Shown here: piece after piece, positions 9,265-18,485 of the stretch | Layout: every line of letters starts with the position of its first letter | Numbering within the stretch: the stretch's first letter is position 1 | Source of the DNA: an uncultured Anaerolineae bacterium | Lineage (GTDB): Bacteria; Chloroflexota; Anaerolineae; Fen-1058 | DNA: 60,208 nucleotides | Direction: 5' to 3' | Assembly (NCBI GenBank): GCA_964651475.1 | Contig: CAZYXV010000012.1 | Span: 64,001-124,208 of the forward strand | The notes under the pieces: model-generated | Told to the model about the DNA's origin: nothing | What the model saw: only the letters and a program-made list of their open reading frames with translations | The model's database searches: none | Position numbers and translations under genes: made by a program

Positions 9265-10013
9265 TCCTTGCTGCCCACGACGATAAAAATATCCACTGCC
9301 CCCATCGGCTGGCGGCTGTGAGAGATTGAAAACCCCGCCTCGCGGGCGGCGGCCCACGCCGGAGGAGGCGGAGCGCCACGCTGGCCGGTGATGGTGTACA
9401 GCCACTCGAGGACGCGGTTGAGCAGGTTGTACCCGCCGCGCCGGTTGAACGCAATGCCCGGCACAATCACCAGCCGCCCCGTCGTATTGAGCGCGCGCAC
9501 GGCCTCGCGCAAGGTGGCCGGCTCGACGATAAATTCTGTTGGAAACGTAGACACCACCGAATCGAACGCCCCGTCGCGAAAGGGCAACGCCTGGGCGCGC
9601 GCGCGCACCAATGGCGCCGGCGTTCCCGCCCGTTGCAAACGGGAACGCGCCTGCCGCCCCATGTCTGGCGAGAGATCAAGCCCCACCACCTGCCATCCTT
9701 GTTGGCGCATAGCGGCCAGCAAATGCCCCGGTCCGTGCGCCAGTTCCAAAATGCGCTGCCCGCGCAGGTGAGGCAAGGCTGTGCGCCCCCACGCCGTCCA
9801 CTGCCCCAAAGAGACTACCCAGGCGACGGCGTCATACGCCCACGCCATCTGATGATACAGCAGGCGAAAGAAAACGCGAATCAGCAAACGCACAGATCTC
9901 TCCTGGTGTGGACAATTGCTTGCAAACGTTTGGGGCAAGCCAGGCAGATGATACCACAAGACGTGTAACGCGCAACTGCTACAAATTCTTTTCCGAATGG
10001 TCTTGCCCGTCAA
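9252..10013 (-). CDS. Class I SAM-dependent methyltransferase (UbiE/COQ5-like, type 11)
   Basis: 253 aa. Motif I ILELAHGPGHLL, then VVGLDLSPDM and a post-I acidic loop. Confidence 0.7.
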   Translation of the reverse strand: MTGKTIRKRICSSCALHVLWYHLPGLPQTFASNCPHQERSVRLLIRVFFRLLYHQMAWAYDAVAWVVSLGQWTAWGRTALPHLRGQRILELAHGPGHLLAAMRQQGWQVVGLDLSPDMGRQARSRLQRAGTPAPLVRARAQALPFRDGAFDSVVSTFPTEFIVEPATLREAVRALNTTGRLVIVPGIAFNRRGGYNLLNRVLEWLYTITGQRGAPPPPAWAAAREAGFSISHSRQPMGAVDIFIVVGSKDHSA

Positions 10014-11460
10014 AGCTATAGAGCATCGGCCTGGCTTCGACGGCGGTGGCTAAGTGGACGGGGCGTGTCCAGATAGCGTGGACGTGGGCCAGCGTGTCCC
10101 GCGCCCAATTGAGGTCGAGATCAACGCCTTCGTGTTCGTGGCGCAGAAACAGTTCCGCTCGATTGCCATAGTTAGCGTCTTGGATGACGACAATCGGTTG
10201 GCCAAAGTTGGTGAGAGAAAAGAGCAGTTGGCGCTTGACGGCTTGAAAATCACGGCTGTCAATGACGTATTCGCCCGTCCTGGGATTATATTGGGTGGTG
10301 TAGAATTTGTGGCGGCGGGCAAACTCAGGCGTGAGAAAGGTATCAATAAAGCCGACGTCGTTGTATACGCGCCGCACTTCAAAAACCTTTTGCCGCCCCA
10401 ATCCGAGGCGCCGGTTCCACGCGCGGCGCGCGGCTTGATCCTGACATTCTTCCCACTCTTGGCCAAAGCGGCCTGTATCCCAGCGTTCCTCGATGTCGCG
10501 CAGCAGATCCAGCCCCAGCTTGTAGGGGTTGAGCCGCCCGCCTGAGGTCGCCATGGTGCCGGCGTGATGTTCCGCATAGTCAATCAACTCGTCCGCTTTG
10601 AGAGCGCGTTGAGTCATGATTGTGCTGTGCCAGTAGCTCGCCCAGCCCTCGTTCATGATTTTAGTCTGCCGCTGCGGCGCAAAATAGTAGGCTTCTTCGC
10701 GGATGATGGCCAGCACGTCGCGCTGCCAATCAGCCAGGGGCGCGTACTCGAGCAAAAAGAGCATGACATCTCGTTCCGGGTGTTCGGGAAAGTGTTTTTT
10801 GCGTTCTTGCTGCTCTCTGAGCTTTTGCCGCTGCGCTTCCAGGAACTCGGGCGGATTGACAAAATCATCCATGTAAAGTTTGCTGGGCAACTTGCGCACT
10901 GTTTGTACTGCGCGCTCGTCCTCGTCATCGTAAGGGCCGGGCTGCGGGTGGCGGCGAATGCCGGGCGAATGAATGTCAATGAGATTGTCGAGAGACAGGC
11001 AGGCGTCTATAAAGCGTTCTACGGCGTCGTAGCCGTAGCGGTCAATGTAGCGGCGGATGCGGGCGCCGTGATTGGCCATCTCGTCCATCATCTTGCGATT
11101 GGTGTGGGCAAACCACATATTATTCTTGAAAAAGTCAACGTGCCCGTAGACGTGTGCCATGACCATTTTTTGGTCAACGAGCTTGTTGCTGACCAGCAAA
11201 TAGGCATAGCTGGGGTCGTTATTAATCACCATCTCGTAGATGCGGTGCAAGCCGTAAGCATAGCTCTTGGACATGCGCGTATATTCCATGCCAAAGCGCC
11301 AATGCGGATAGCGGCTGGGAAAGCCGTCGTAAGCGGCGACCTCGTTGATTTGTTTGTAATCCAGCACTTCAAAGATGGTGTCGAAAAAATCCAGCCCATA
11401 CTCCCGGGCGTAGGCTTCGACCTCGACCCGGATCGCTTCGAGTTCTGGTGAAAGGCCCAT
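9979..11460 (-). CDS. spoVR: SpoVR-family protein (YcgB-like)
   Basis: 493 aa. N-terminal IEVLDYKQINEVAAYDGFPSRYPHWRFGMEY and overall length typical of SpoVR/YcgB. Third member of the PrkA-YeaH-SpoVR triad. Confidence 0.85.
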   Translation of the reverse strand: MGLSPELEAIRVEVEAYAREYGLDFFDTIFEVLDYKQINEVAAYDGFPSRYPHWRFGMEYTRMSKSYAYGLHRIYEMVINNDPSYAYLLVSNKLVDQKMVMAHVYGHVDFFKNNMWFAHTNRKMMDEMANHGARIRRYIDRYGYDAVERFIDACLSLDNLIDIHSPGIRRHPQPGPYDDEDERAVQTVRKLPSKLYMDDFVNPPEFLEAQRQKLREQQERKKHFPEHPERDVMLFLLEYAPLADWQRDVLAIIREEAYYFAPQRQTKIMNEGWASYWHSTIMTQRALKADELIDYAEHHAGTMATSGGRLNPYKLGLDLLRDIEERWDTGRFGQEWEECQDQAARRAWNRRLGLGRQKVFEVRRVYNDVGFIDTFLTPEFARRHKFYTTQYNPRTGEYVIDSRDFQAVKRQLLFSLTNFGQPIVVIQDANYGNRAELFLRHEHEGVDLDLNWARDTLAHVHAIWTRPVHLATAVEARPMLYSFDGQDHSEKNL

Positions 11461-11463
11461 GGT

Positions 11464-12567
11464 TCACCGTCCTTTGCCCAAAAATGCCTTGATCGCGTCC
11501 AGGATGTCATCTCTGTCGTCGAGCCTGGCGACGACCAGTTGATCCTTGTCTGCCAGGTCGAGCCCTTTCAATGCCTCGGAAAACTGGCTGGCGCCATACG
11601 AACAGCGAACTTCGCCGTAGCAAAAGAGATTGACGCACGGCAAGATGCTTTCGGCCAGCAGGCGGGCGCACCGGGCGTTATCGTCTTCCCAGTTATCGCC
11701 GTCGGTGAATTGGAAGGGATAGATATTCCAGTCGTCGGGGTTGTAATCTTTTTCGATCATGGCCTGGCAAAGCTTGTAGGCCGAAGAAATGGCCGTGCCG
11801 CCGTTTTCTAGGGTGTGATAAAAGGCGTGTTGATCCACCTCGCGGGCGTTTACGTCGTGGATGATGTAGCGCACGTCTACTTTGTGATATTGTGAGCGCA
11901 GCCAGGTGTCAATCCAGAACACCGCCAGGCGGACGATCTCTTTTTTCTCGTCGTACATCGAACTCGAGACGTCCATCATGTAGATGATGGCCGCGTTGCT
12001 ATCGGGCATGTGATGGCTCTCCCACGAACGATAGCGCTTGTCCTCGCGCACCGGCATGACGTTAGGTTGAGCGTAGCTGTACATCCCCATGGCGATTTGC
12101 CGCTTGAGCGCCTCGCGATACGTGCGTTTAAAGTGGCGCAAGCTTTCTGGCCCGACGTGCCGGATGCCGGTGTAGCGATCCACGTAGCTTTCGATGTTCT
12201 CTTTGCCCTTGGGCTGGATGTTGGGCAGCTCCAGTTCGTCGCTCAAGAGATGGGCCAGTTCCTCCAGCGTCACCTCCACTTCCAAGATGTGGTCGCCGGG
12301 GTTTTGGCCGGCTCGCTCACCGGGCTGGTTGGGGTCAAAGCCGATGGGAGTGCCCGGCTCGCCGTCGCCTTGCCCCACGCCCCCCATCTGCTTGGCCCCA
12401 AAGCGAAATTGAGGGATCTGGATTTCTGGAACGGGGATGCTGACCAGGTCGCGCCCCTGGCGGCCGATCAACTCGCCGCTGCTTATGTATTTGCGCAGGC
12501 CGTCGCGCACTCTACCCTGCACGATGTGTCGGAAACGACTTTGATCTTGTTCAATTTTGGCGATCAT
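11464..12567 (-). CDS. YeaH/YhbH-family protein (DUF444, vWA-like)
   Basis: ORF 11464..12675 trimmed to the ATG at 12567, which follows a GGAGAGGAGG RBS. MIAKIEQDQSRFRHIV N-terminus and vWA-like core (IIYMMDVSSSM). Confidence 0.8.
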   Translation of the reverse strand: MIAKIEQDQSRFRHIVQGRVRDGLRKYISSGELIGRQGRDLVSIPVPEIQIPQFRFGAKQMGGVGQGDGEPGTPIGFDPNQPGERAGQNPGDHILEVEVTLEELAHLLSDELELPNIQPKGKENIESYVDRYTGIRHVGPESLRHFKRTYREALKRQIAMGMYSYAQPNVMPVREDKRYRSWESHHMPDSNAAIIYMMDVSSSMYDEKKEIVRLAVFWIDTWLRSQYHKVDVRYIIHDVNAREVDQHAFYHTLENGGTAISSAYKLCQAMIEKDYNPDDWNIYPFQFTDGDNWEDDNARCARLLAESILPCVNLFCYGEVRCSYGASQFSEALKGLDLADKDQLVVARLDDRDDILDAIKAFLGKGR

Positions 12568-12605
12568 GTCGCACCTCCTCTCTCCTCCGCGTGGCTGCAC
12601 GTTCT

Positions 12606-14645
12606 TTACGTCTTTCCCTTTGGATCCCCTCGAGCAAAGATACTGGCAACATAGTTCAACACGTCGGTGGCGCAAATATCGCAGTACCCATAGTTCTTGA
12701 TGAGGCGAGCCTTGACCACGTCAATCTTTTCTTGTGTTTCTTTATCCACGACGCTGGATACCAGGCTCGTCAACTTGATCGAATCTTTTTGATCCTCGAA
12801 CAGTTTGAGTTCCAATGCCTTGCGCAGCCGCTCGTTCGAATCCCACCGAAAGACGCGGCCATCAATGGCCAGGGCCGCGATATAGTTCATAATCTCGCGG
12901 CGAAAATCATCTTTGCGGCTTTCGGGGATTTCGATCTTTTCTTCAATCGAACGCATCAGGCGCTCGTCGGGTTCTTCGTCTTCGCCGGTGTAGCGGTTGC
13001 GCACTTTTTCGCGTTGAGTGTACGCTTTGATATTGTCAATATAATTCGCGCTCAGGCGAGAGATGGCGGCCTCGTCGGCGGTGATGGCGCGCTGCACCTC
13101 GGTCTTGACGATTTCGTCGTACTCGGCGCGCACCACGGCCAGCAACTCGCGATAGCGCGCGCGTTGCTCTTCGCTGGTAATCAGCGAGTGGTGCCTGAGT
13201 CCGGTTTCCAGTTCGCGCAAGACGACGAATGGGTTGAGGCAGCCATCAACCGCGCCGCTGACCAAAGCGTTCGACAGCTTGTCTTGAACATAGCGGGGCG
13301 ATATGCCTTCCATCCCTTCGCGCGCGGCTTCGTCTTGCAGCTCGCGCACGCTATCTTCGGTAAAGCCGGGGATATTCTTGCCATCGTAAAGCTTGAGCTT
13401 TTGCAACACCGTCAACCCGGCGTGCTTGGGTTCCTCCAGCCGGGTGAGGACCGCCCACAGGGCGGCCATCTCTACCGCGTGAGGGGCAATATGTTGGCCG
13501 ACGACCCGCTCGCCTCTAAAATCGCGTTCATAGATTTTGATCTCGTCGCTGTAACAGGTTACGTAAGGGATGTCCACCTTCATGGTGCGGTCGCGCAAAG
13601 CCTCCATGTACTCGTTGTTGAGTAGTTTGCGGTACTCGGGTTCGTTGGTGTGGCCGATGATGACTTCGTCAATGTCGGTCTGGGCGAATTTCTTGGGTTT
13701 GATCTTGTGCTCCTGCGAAGCGGTCAGCAGGTCGTACAGAAAGGCCACGTCCAGTTTGAGAATTTCGATAAACTCGACCAGCCCACGGTTCGCAATGTTA
13801 AGCTCGCCGTCAAAGTTAAAGGCGCGCGGGTCGCTATCCGAGCCGTACTCGGCGATCTTGCGGTAATTAATGTCGCCAGTCAACTCGGTCGAATCCTGGT
13901 TCTTTTCGTCCTTGGGTTGAAAAGTGCCGATGCCGAGCCTGTCTTTTTCAGATAAAATCAAGCGCCGCACGCGCACGTGCTCGACGACCCTGGTCCAATC
14001 GCCTTGATACTGCTTCATCAGGCGGCGGTACACAAAGCGGCAGGCCGGGCACAACTCGCCTTCGATGGCGATACGCTGCTCGGATGAGCGGGCCTCGTTC
14101 AGGCGGGCCAGCGCCGCGCCGCGAAACTCGACCGGAATGAGGTGGAGCGCTTCTTCGTGCATGGGGCAATCCAGGCGTTCCTGGTCTGGTATGTTGACCC
14201 AGCTCAGGGTATAGAGCGCGCCGTCGTCAGTTTGCGAGTAGGCCTCCAGGCCTTTCTTGAGCAGGCGGACGATGGTGCTCTTGGCGCTGCCGACCGGCCC
14301 GTGCAACAGGAGCACGCGCTTTTCGGTGCCGTACCGCCGCGCCGCCGATTCAAAAATTTGCACCAGTTGCATCAAGGGTTTGTCGAGACCATAGATGGCG
14401 TCCGCGCCGTGATCAAAAGGATCGTCGAAAAAGTTATAGTGGACGATGGTTTCTCGGTTGCGAGTGTACTCGCGGCTGCCGTAAGACAAGATCATGTCGT
14501 ATAGTCGCTGGTAGGCGCCGCAGGCAGCCTTGGGGTTGCGCTGGACAATGTCCAGGTACTCGGCAAAGCTGCCTTCCCAGTACTGCTCGCGAAACCTCTC
14601 GACGTCTTGTAACTCTCCAATCAATGAGATAAAAGTCTCGTTCAT
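12606..14645 (-). CDS. prkA: PrkA-family serine protein kinase (AAA+ N-domain)
   Basis: Walker [16 protein letters not shown], conserved PrkA AAA and C-terminal kinase-like regions. The start is taken at the ATG preceded by CAGGAGG, which is M9 of the listed ORF. Confidence 0.9.
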   Translation of the reverse strand: MNETFISLIGELQDVERFREQYWEGSFAEYLDIVQRNPKAACGAYQRLYDMILSYGSREYTRNRETIVHYNFFDDPFDHGADAIYGLDKPLMQLVQIFESAARRYGTEKRVLLLHGPVGSAKSTIVRLLKKGLEAYSQTDDGALYTLSWVNIPDQERLDCPMHEEALHLIPVEFRGAALARLNEARSSEQRIAIEGELCPACRFVYRRLMKQYQGDWTRVVEHVRVRRLILSEKDRLGIGTFQPKDEKNQDSTELTGDINYRKIAEYGSDSDPRAFNFDGELNIANRGLVEFIEILKLDVAFLYDLLTASQEHKIKPKKFAQTDIDEVIIGHTNEPEYRKLLNNEYMEALRDRTMKVDIPYVTCYSDEIKIYERDFRGERVVGQHIAPHAVEMAALWAVLTRLEEPKHAGLTVLQKLKLYDGKNIPGFTEDSVRELQDEAAREGMEGISPRYVQDKLSNALVSGAVDGCLNPFVVLRELETGLRHHSLITSEEQRARYRELLAVVRAEYDEIVKTEVQRAITADEAAISRLSANYIDNIKAYTQREKVRNRYTGEDEEPDERLMRSIEEKIEIPESRKDDFRREIMNYIAALAIDGRVFRWDSNERLRKALELKLFEDQKDSIKLTSLVSSVVDKETQEKIDVVKARLIKNYGYCDICATDVLNYVASIFARGDPKGKT

Positions 14646-14672
14646 TTCCGCCTCCTGAAAACCGCTCAAAAT

Positions 14673-14710
14673 AACACAAGCCGACCCAGCTTGCCGGGTC
14701 GGCTTGTGTT
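14673..14710 (-). terminator. Perfect 15-bp hairpin in the prkA 5' leader; terminator or attenuator candidate downstream of the anti-sigma gene
   Basis: AACACAAGCCGACCC-agcttgcc-GGGTCGGCTTGTGTT. On the - strand it is followed by AUUUUGAGCGGUUUU, then the RBS 25 nt later. Confidence 0.35.
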
Positions 14711-14897
14711 AGCAAAGAGTTGCTGCATTTTTATGGTGATGATATGTGTTTGCCTGACATTTTTGTTCCTGAAAAGAGTCCCGCCAAGTCTGGCCTTTTA
14801 CCAGTCCTAAACTATTTTTTATTTGTTGTGTAAATTTGACGAGCCAAGGGAGTATAATCTTACTTGGAGGAACGAAACTGGTACTAAAATACTAGCG

Positions 14898-14925
14898 CCC
14901 GGCTGCGAAAACACGGCCGGGTGCC
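14898..14925 (-). terminator. GC hairpin immediately after the anti-sigma stop
   Basis: CCCGGC-cgugunuucgca-GCCGGG stem followed by CUAGUAUUUUAG on the - strand. Confidence 0.3.
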
Positions 14926-14931
14926 AGGGCG

Positions 14932-15267
14932 TCATTTCGGGGCTTGGGGCCTGACGAGTTCCACCAGCTTTTGTTGGTAAGGTGAGGAGGCAAGGTGCAG
15001 GACGATCTCCAGGTACATTTCTGGCCCCGAGATCACTTCCTCGTTTTCTAATAGTGCGACCTCGTGGAGGGTAAGGTAGAGATCGTGACATTCTGCACAT
15101 TGGTTCAGATGATGCCGGGCAGCAGGAAAGCGCAGGTTAGCGTCATCCCCTGCAATTTCTGCTTCTACATACTGGGGAGCAATTTCAAGGAATCCTTCAC
15201 AATCTAGCTCTTTAGCCTGGGTGGCATAAATATGGCGAACAAATTCGCGACACAATTCAAGCGACAT
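14932..15267 (-). CDS. Zinc-finger (ZAS-type) anti-sigma factor
   Basis: 111 aa. HLNQCAECHDLY HxxxCxxC motif. Located 123 nt downstream of an ECF sigma gene on the same strand. Confidence 0.6.
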   Translation of the reverse strand: MSLELCREFVRHIYATQAKELDCEGFLEIAPQYVEAEIAGDDANLRFPAARHHLNQCAECHDLYLTLHEVALLENEEVISGPEMYLEIVLHLASSPYQQKLVELVRPQAPK

Positions 15268-15390
15268 AAATCACAACTCCTTTGGTAAATTAAATCATCA
15301 CCTGAATATAAGACGCAAAATTTCGCAATATTCTTACCAATTTAAAAGAAACCGGTTTTTTCAAAAAAACCTGGTTTCTTACCGGCAAGT

Positions 15391-16041
15391 TTATCGCTCG
15401 CCAAAGATTGCCAGAACGTCAGACTCGGTATAATAGCGCCGTTGCAGGCCTTCTTTGAGCTTTTTGCGAGCGTCGTGCACGAGCTTGTACACGTTATTTG
15501 GCGTAGAGCCTAATTGCCGGGCGACCAGCTCCAATGGCATACCCTGAAAATGCACGCCTAATAGAGCCGCCCGCTGCCGCTCGGTCAATTCCTCGTCAAT
15601 AATTTGGCGGATCAAGTTGAGGATTTGGCGGCGCGCTGCCACTGTTTCCGGGTCGGGCGTTTCCTGGTCGCTGAGGAAAGTGAACAAGGGAACTTGTTTT
15701 TCGCTGACCAGCATTTCCATAGACAGTACGCGCCAGCGGCGGCGGCGCAGCTCGCTGGCGGCTATGTTGATGGCAAAGCAATAGGCCCAGGTGGTGAACT
15801 TGCTCTCGCCGCGAAAGGTCTCCAGCTTGTTTTGAATTTGCAGCAGCGCCTCTTGGGCAAAATCCTCGGCCAGTTGCTCCAGGTCGTGCTGCCCAAGGCG
15901 AGCCAGGTCGTCGCGATGGCGATCCAGGTAGAGAAAGACGGCGCGCAGCAAATACTCGCGCAGGTCGGCCAGCGCAGTGGTTTGCCTTTCTGGGTCGCAG
16001 AGTTCAGCCAGCCACTCCGCGTTGCTCCTCCTGAGTGCCAT
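15391..16041 (-). CDS. ECF-subfamily RNA polymerase sigma-70 factor
   Basis: 216 aa. Region 2 (FAQEALLQIQNKLETFRGESKFTTWAYCFAIN) and region 4 HTH (LTERQRAALLGVHFQGMPLELVARQLGSTPNNVYKLVHDARKKL). Confidence 0.85.
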   Translation of the reverse strand: MALRRSNAEWLAELCDPERQTTALADLREYLLRAVFLYLDRHRDDLARLGQHDLEQLAEDFAQEALLQIQNKLETFRGESKFTTWAYCFAINIAASELRRRRWRVLSMEMLVSEKQVPLFTFLSDQETPDPETVAARRQILNLIRQIIDEELTERQRAALLGVHFQGMPLELVARQLGSTPNNVYKLVHDARKKLKEGLQRRYYTESDVLAIFGER

Positions 16042-16106
16042 TGCCCAGCCCCTTTATTCTCTCTCATCCCGGTATGAACCCTATCCATCGCGCTCAAGCC
16101 AAGAGT

Positions 16107-16949
16107 TTACAGGTTGGCAAACGTGATGAGTTGCACGCCCAAATCCGCAATGTGCTGCTTGATGGTTGGATGGCAAAGCAGCCCCAGCTCTTTTTCTCGC
16201 TGGACGTTATAACTTGATTGTTGGCGCAGCATCTCGTCGGCCAGGCCGGGATGCGTCATCAACTCGGTGCTCCCGTCGTTCAGGCCATCCAGGATGTGAA
16301 GCAGGTGGGTCAAGGTAACGGCTTCCTCGCCGAAAAAGCTCATGATGTAGTGGTCTGTGCTGCGCGCAGGGTATTTCTCGAGCAGCGCCCAGTCGGCGCG
16401 GATGATGGCTCGAAGCTGGTCCGGGGGCATACCAAGTTCGAGGGATGATTGGGCCAGTTCTTTTTCGTTGCGTGGGAAGGGAAGGCGCGTGGGGACGCCG
16501 GCTTCTTTGACCAGTTCCAGGTATACCTCGAAAAAACGAGGCAGTATATGAACAAAGTGGTGCGCGTCCAGGTGATCGGGCGGGCGGCCTACGGCGTTGT
16601 GGAAGGTCTTGATTTGCGCTTTGAGTTCTGATTTTAATTCGCCCAGGTCGAGCCGTTCAGGGTCAGCCAGGATGGCTTCTTGAGACAAAAAGTAGCCGTG
16701 GGCGTCTACCAATGATCCAACCCACTCGCCGGGCAGCAGCGGGCGCCCCGAAGTGAACACCAGGTGCACGCCCAATCCCAGCCTGGGGCAGTCTTCTTTG
16801 GCGCGCATCAGGCCGGAGGCGGCGCCGGGCATGTTCATTAACGCCGTGGTGCTGGTGACAATGCCTTCTCGGTGCGCGCGCAGGATGCCCTCGGTCACGC
16901 CGGGCGTGCGCCCAAAATCGTCTGCATTGACAATCAGCCGTTTAGTCAT
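16107..16949 (-). CDS. YdjC/ChbG-family carbohydrate deacetylase
   Basis: 280 aa. RLIVNADDFGRTPGVTEGILRAHREGIVTSTTALMN and the DxHxHVH-like core (DHLDAHHFVH). Confidence 0.75.
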   Translation of the reverse strand: MTKRLIVNADDFGRTPGVTEGILRAHREGIVTSTTALMNMPGAASGLMRAKEDCPRLGLGVHLVFTSGRPLLPGEWVGSLVDAHGYFLSQEAILADPERLDLGELKSELKAQIKTFHNAVGRPPDHLDAHHFVHILPRFFEVYLELVKEAGVPTRLPFPRNEKELAQSSLELGMPPDQLRAIIRADWALLEKYPARSTDHYIMSFFGEEAVTLTHLLHILDGLNDGSTELMTHPGLADEMLRQQSSYNVQREKELGLLCHPTIKQHIADLGVQLITFANL

Positions 16950-17025
16950 GCGTTCACCTCTCTTTCGATCAACCCGCTACCTGTTTATCAGAGCGACAGT
17001 ATGCGGCTGACGACGATATCGCTGA

Positions 17026-18363
17026 CTAGAGTTTGACGAAATATGCCGCGCAGGCCCGGTCGAGCAAATCTTTCGATAGGGTGGGGGGGATGTTTAAATA
17101 GGTCGCAATATCAATGAGCTGGTCAATCAGGTCGCGTGGATGCACTGAGCGCAGCTTGCGCTGTTGATCTACATAGTGTGTCTTGATAAGATAGGCCAGT
17201 CCCTGCTCGTCGTACGGAATGCCTTTGGCCTGGCAGACGCGCTTGAAAATCTCGCGAAATTCTTCAAAGCTCGGGTCGCCGATTTCGATCTTGTGCCGAA
17301 TGCGCCGCAGAAACGCCTCGTCCACCAAATCCCTGGGCTCCAGATTGGTCGAAAAAACAATCATGACGTCGAAGGGGATTTCAATCTTGCGCCCGGTGTG
17401 CAGCGTGAGAAAATCCATTCGCTTTTCCAGCGGCACAATCCAGCGATTGAGGAGGTTCTGGGGACTGACTTGCTGGCGGCCAAAGTCGTCAATCAGGAAC
17501 ATACCGCCATTGGCTTTCATCTGAAACGGCGCTTCGTAATACTTGTTGGACGGATCGTAAACCAGGTCGAGCGTTTCCAGCGTCAGCTCGCCGCCCACGA
17601 TAATGACGGGCCGGCGGATCCTGATCCAACGCTGGTCGCGCGCGCGGGCTGGCTTGCCCTCGGCGCTGCCCGGCTCGGCCACGATTTGATGATTGACCCG
17701 GTCGTAAATCTTGATGACCTGGCCTTCCACTTCGATGGCGTAAGGGATCAACATGTTCGCGCCCAGCACAACCTGCCCTACCGCTTCGGCGATAGCCGTC
17801 TTGCCATTGCCGGGATTGCCAAACAGAAAGACGGACTTTCTCGAGTTGACGGCCGGCCCCACCCGGCTGAGCACTTCGTCGCTGATGACCAGGTGCGATA
17901 GCGCCTGGCGCATGACGCGCTGGGTGACGTTGGTGCTTTTGACTGATTGTTTGAGGACAGCTTGGTTATAGGCTTGCAGCGAAACGGGCGCAGCGTCGGT
18001 GTAGGTGCTGCGTTCGAGCGCCTCGCGCGCCTTTTCGCTGCCCTTGGAACTGATCACGTATTGGTAAGCTTTTTCGCCAATGCCGCCCGAACCGCGCACC
18101 TCGCACAATTGCTCGCGCTTGAGAAACTCTAACACCTGATCCACCACGCCGCCAAACGGCAATTTCAGCCGGTCGGCAATGGTTGCGCCAGATAGATAAC
18201 CTTCGTAGTACATGACCTTGAGGACCAGGTCAATCATAAAGCCCATGCTCAAGCCCGTCTCTTCGACGTTGCGCGGCACGGCTGGCTCGAATCCGCCGAC
18301 GCTGACGGCGGCTGGGGATAAAGCCCCGGTTGTGCGCTGCTGGGGGAGCACTTGAACTGGCAT
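17026..18363 (-). CDS. AAA+ ATPase, MoxR/AAA_5-like, with an N-terminal winged-helix-like domain
   Basis: 445 aa. Walker A LFGNPGNGKT, Walker B MFLIDDFGRQQVSPQNLLNRWIVPLE (MoxR-like hhhDEhNRa...LL pattern), sensor region DEAFLRRI. Confidence 0.6.
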   Translation of the reverse strand: MPVQVLPQQRTTGALSPAAVSVGGFEPAVPRNVEETGLSMGFMIDLVLKVMYYEGYLSGATIADRLKLPFGGVVDQVLEFLKREQLCEVRGSGGIGEKAYQYVISSKGSEKAREALERSTYTDAAPVSLQAYNQAVLKQSVKSTNVTQRVMRQALSHLVISDEVLSRVGPAVNSRKSVFLFGNPGNGKTAIAEAVGQVVLGANMLIPYAIEVEGQVIKIYDRVNHQIVAEPGSAEGKPARARDQRWIRIRRPVIIVGGELTLETLDLVYDPSNKYYEAPFQMKANGGMFLIDDFGRQQVSPQNLLNRWIVPLEKRMDFLTLHTGRKIEIPFDVMIVFSTNLEPRDLVDEAFLRRIRHKIEIGDPSFEEFREIFKRVCQAKGIPYDEQGLAYLIKTHYVDQQRKLRSVHPRDLIDQLIDIATYLNIPPTLSKDLLDRACAAYFVKL

Positions 18364-18420
18364 GCGTTGCCTCCTCTCAATGGTGCTGTTTTGCTTCCAT
18401 TATACCACACTGGCAAAATG

Positions 18421-18461
18421 GGAAAAAAATGCGACGCACTCGCGCAAGGCGGTGCGTCGCA
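18421..18461 (-). terminator. Rho-independent terminator downstream of the aminotransferase gene
   Basis: Perfect 10-bp stem TGCGACGCAC / GTGCGTCGCA with a 12-nt loop. A run of seven U follows on the - strand. Confidence 0.7.
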
Positions 18462-18485
18462 TCTAAAAATGGCGAGCGTCTGGCT

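Noticed and set aside
8869-9466. - strand ORFs (178 aa, 144 aa) antisense to the 8770-9264 hypothetical gene and methyltransferase region
   Set aside because: Arg/Gly-rich junk composition. The + strand ORF has a promoter, an RBS and protein-like composition.
14838-14860. TTGACG ... TATAAT on the + strand in the anti-sigma / prkA intergenic region
   Set aside because: Spacer of only 11 nt, and no + strand gene downstream.
15347-15380. Near-perfect A/T-rich palindrome GAAACCGGTTTTTTCAAAAAAACCTGGTTTC between the ECF sigma and anti-sigma genes
   Set aside because: It could be a terminator or attenuator or a protein-binding site. The A/U-rich stem is weak and there is no clear U-tract context, so I did not call a feature.
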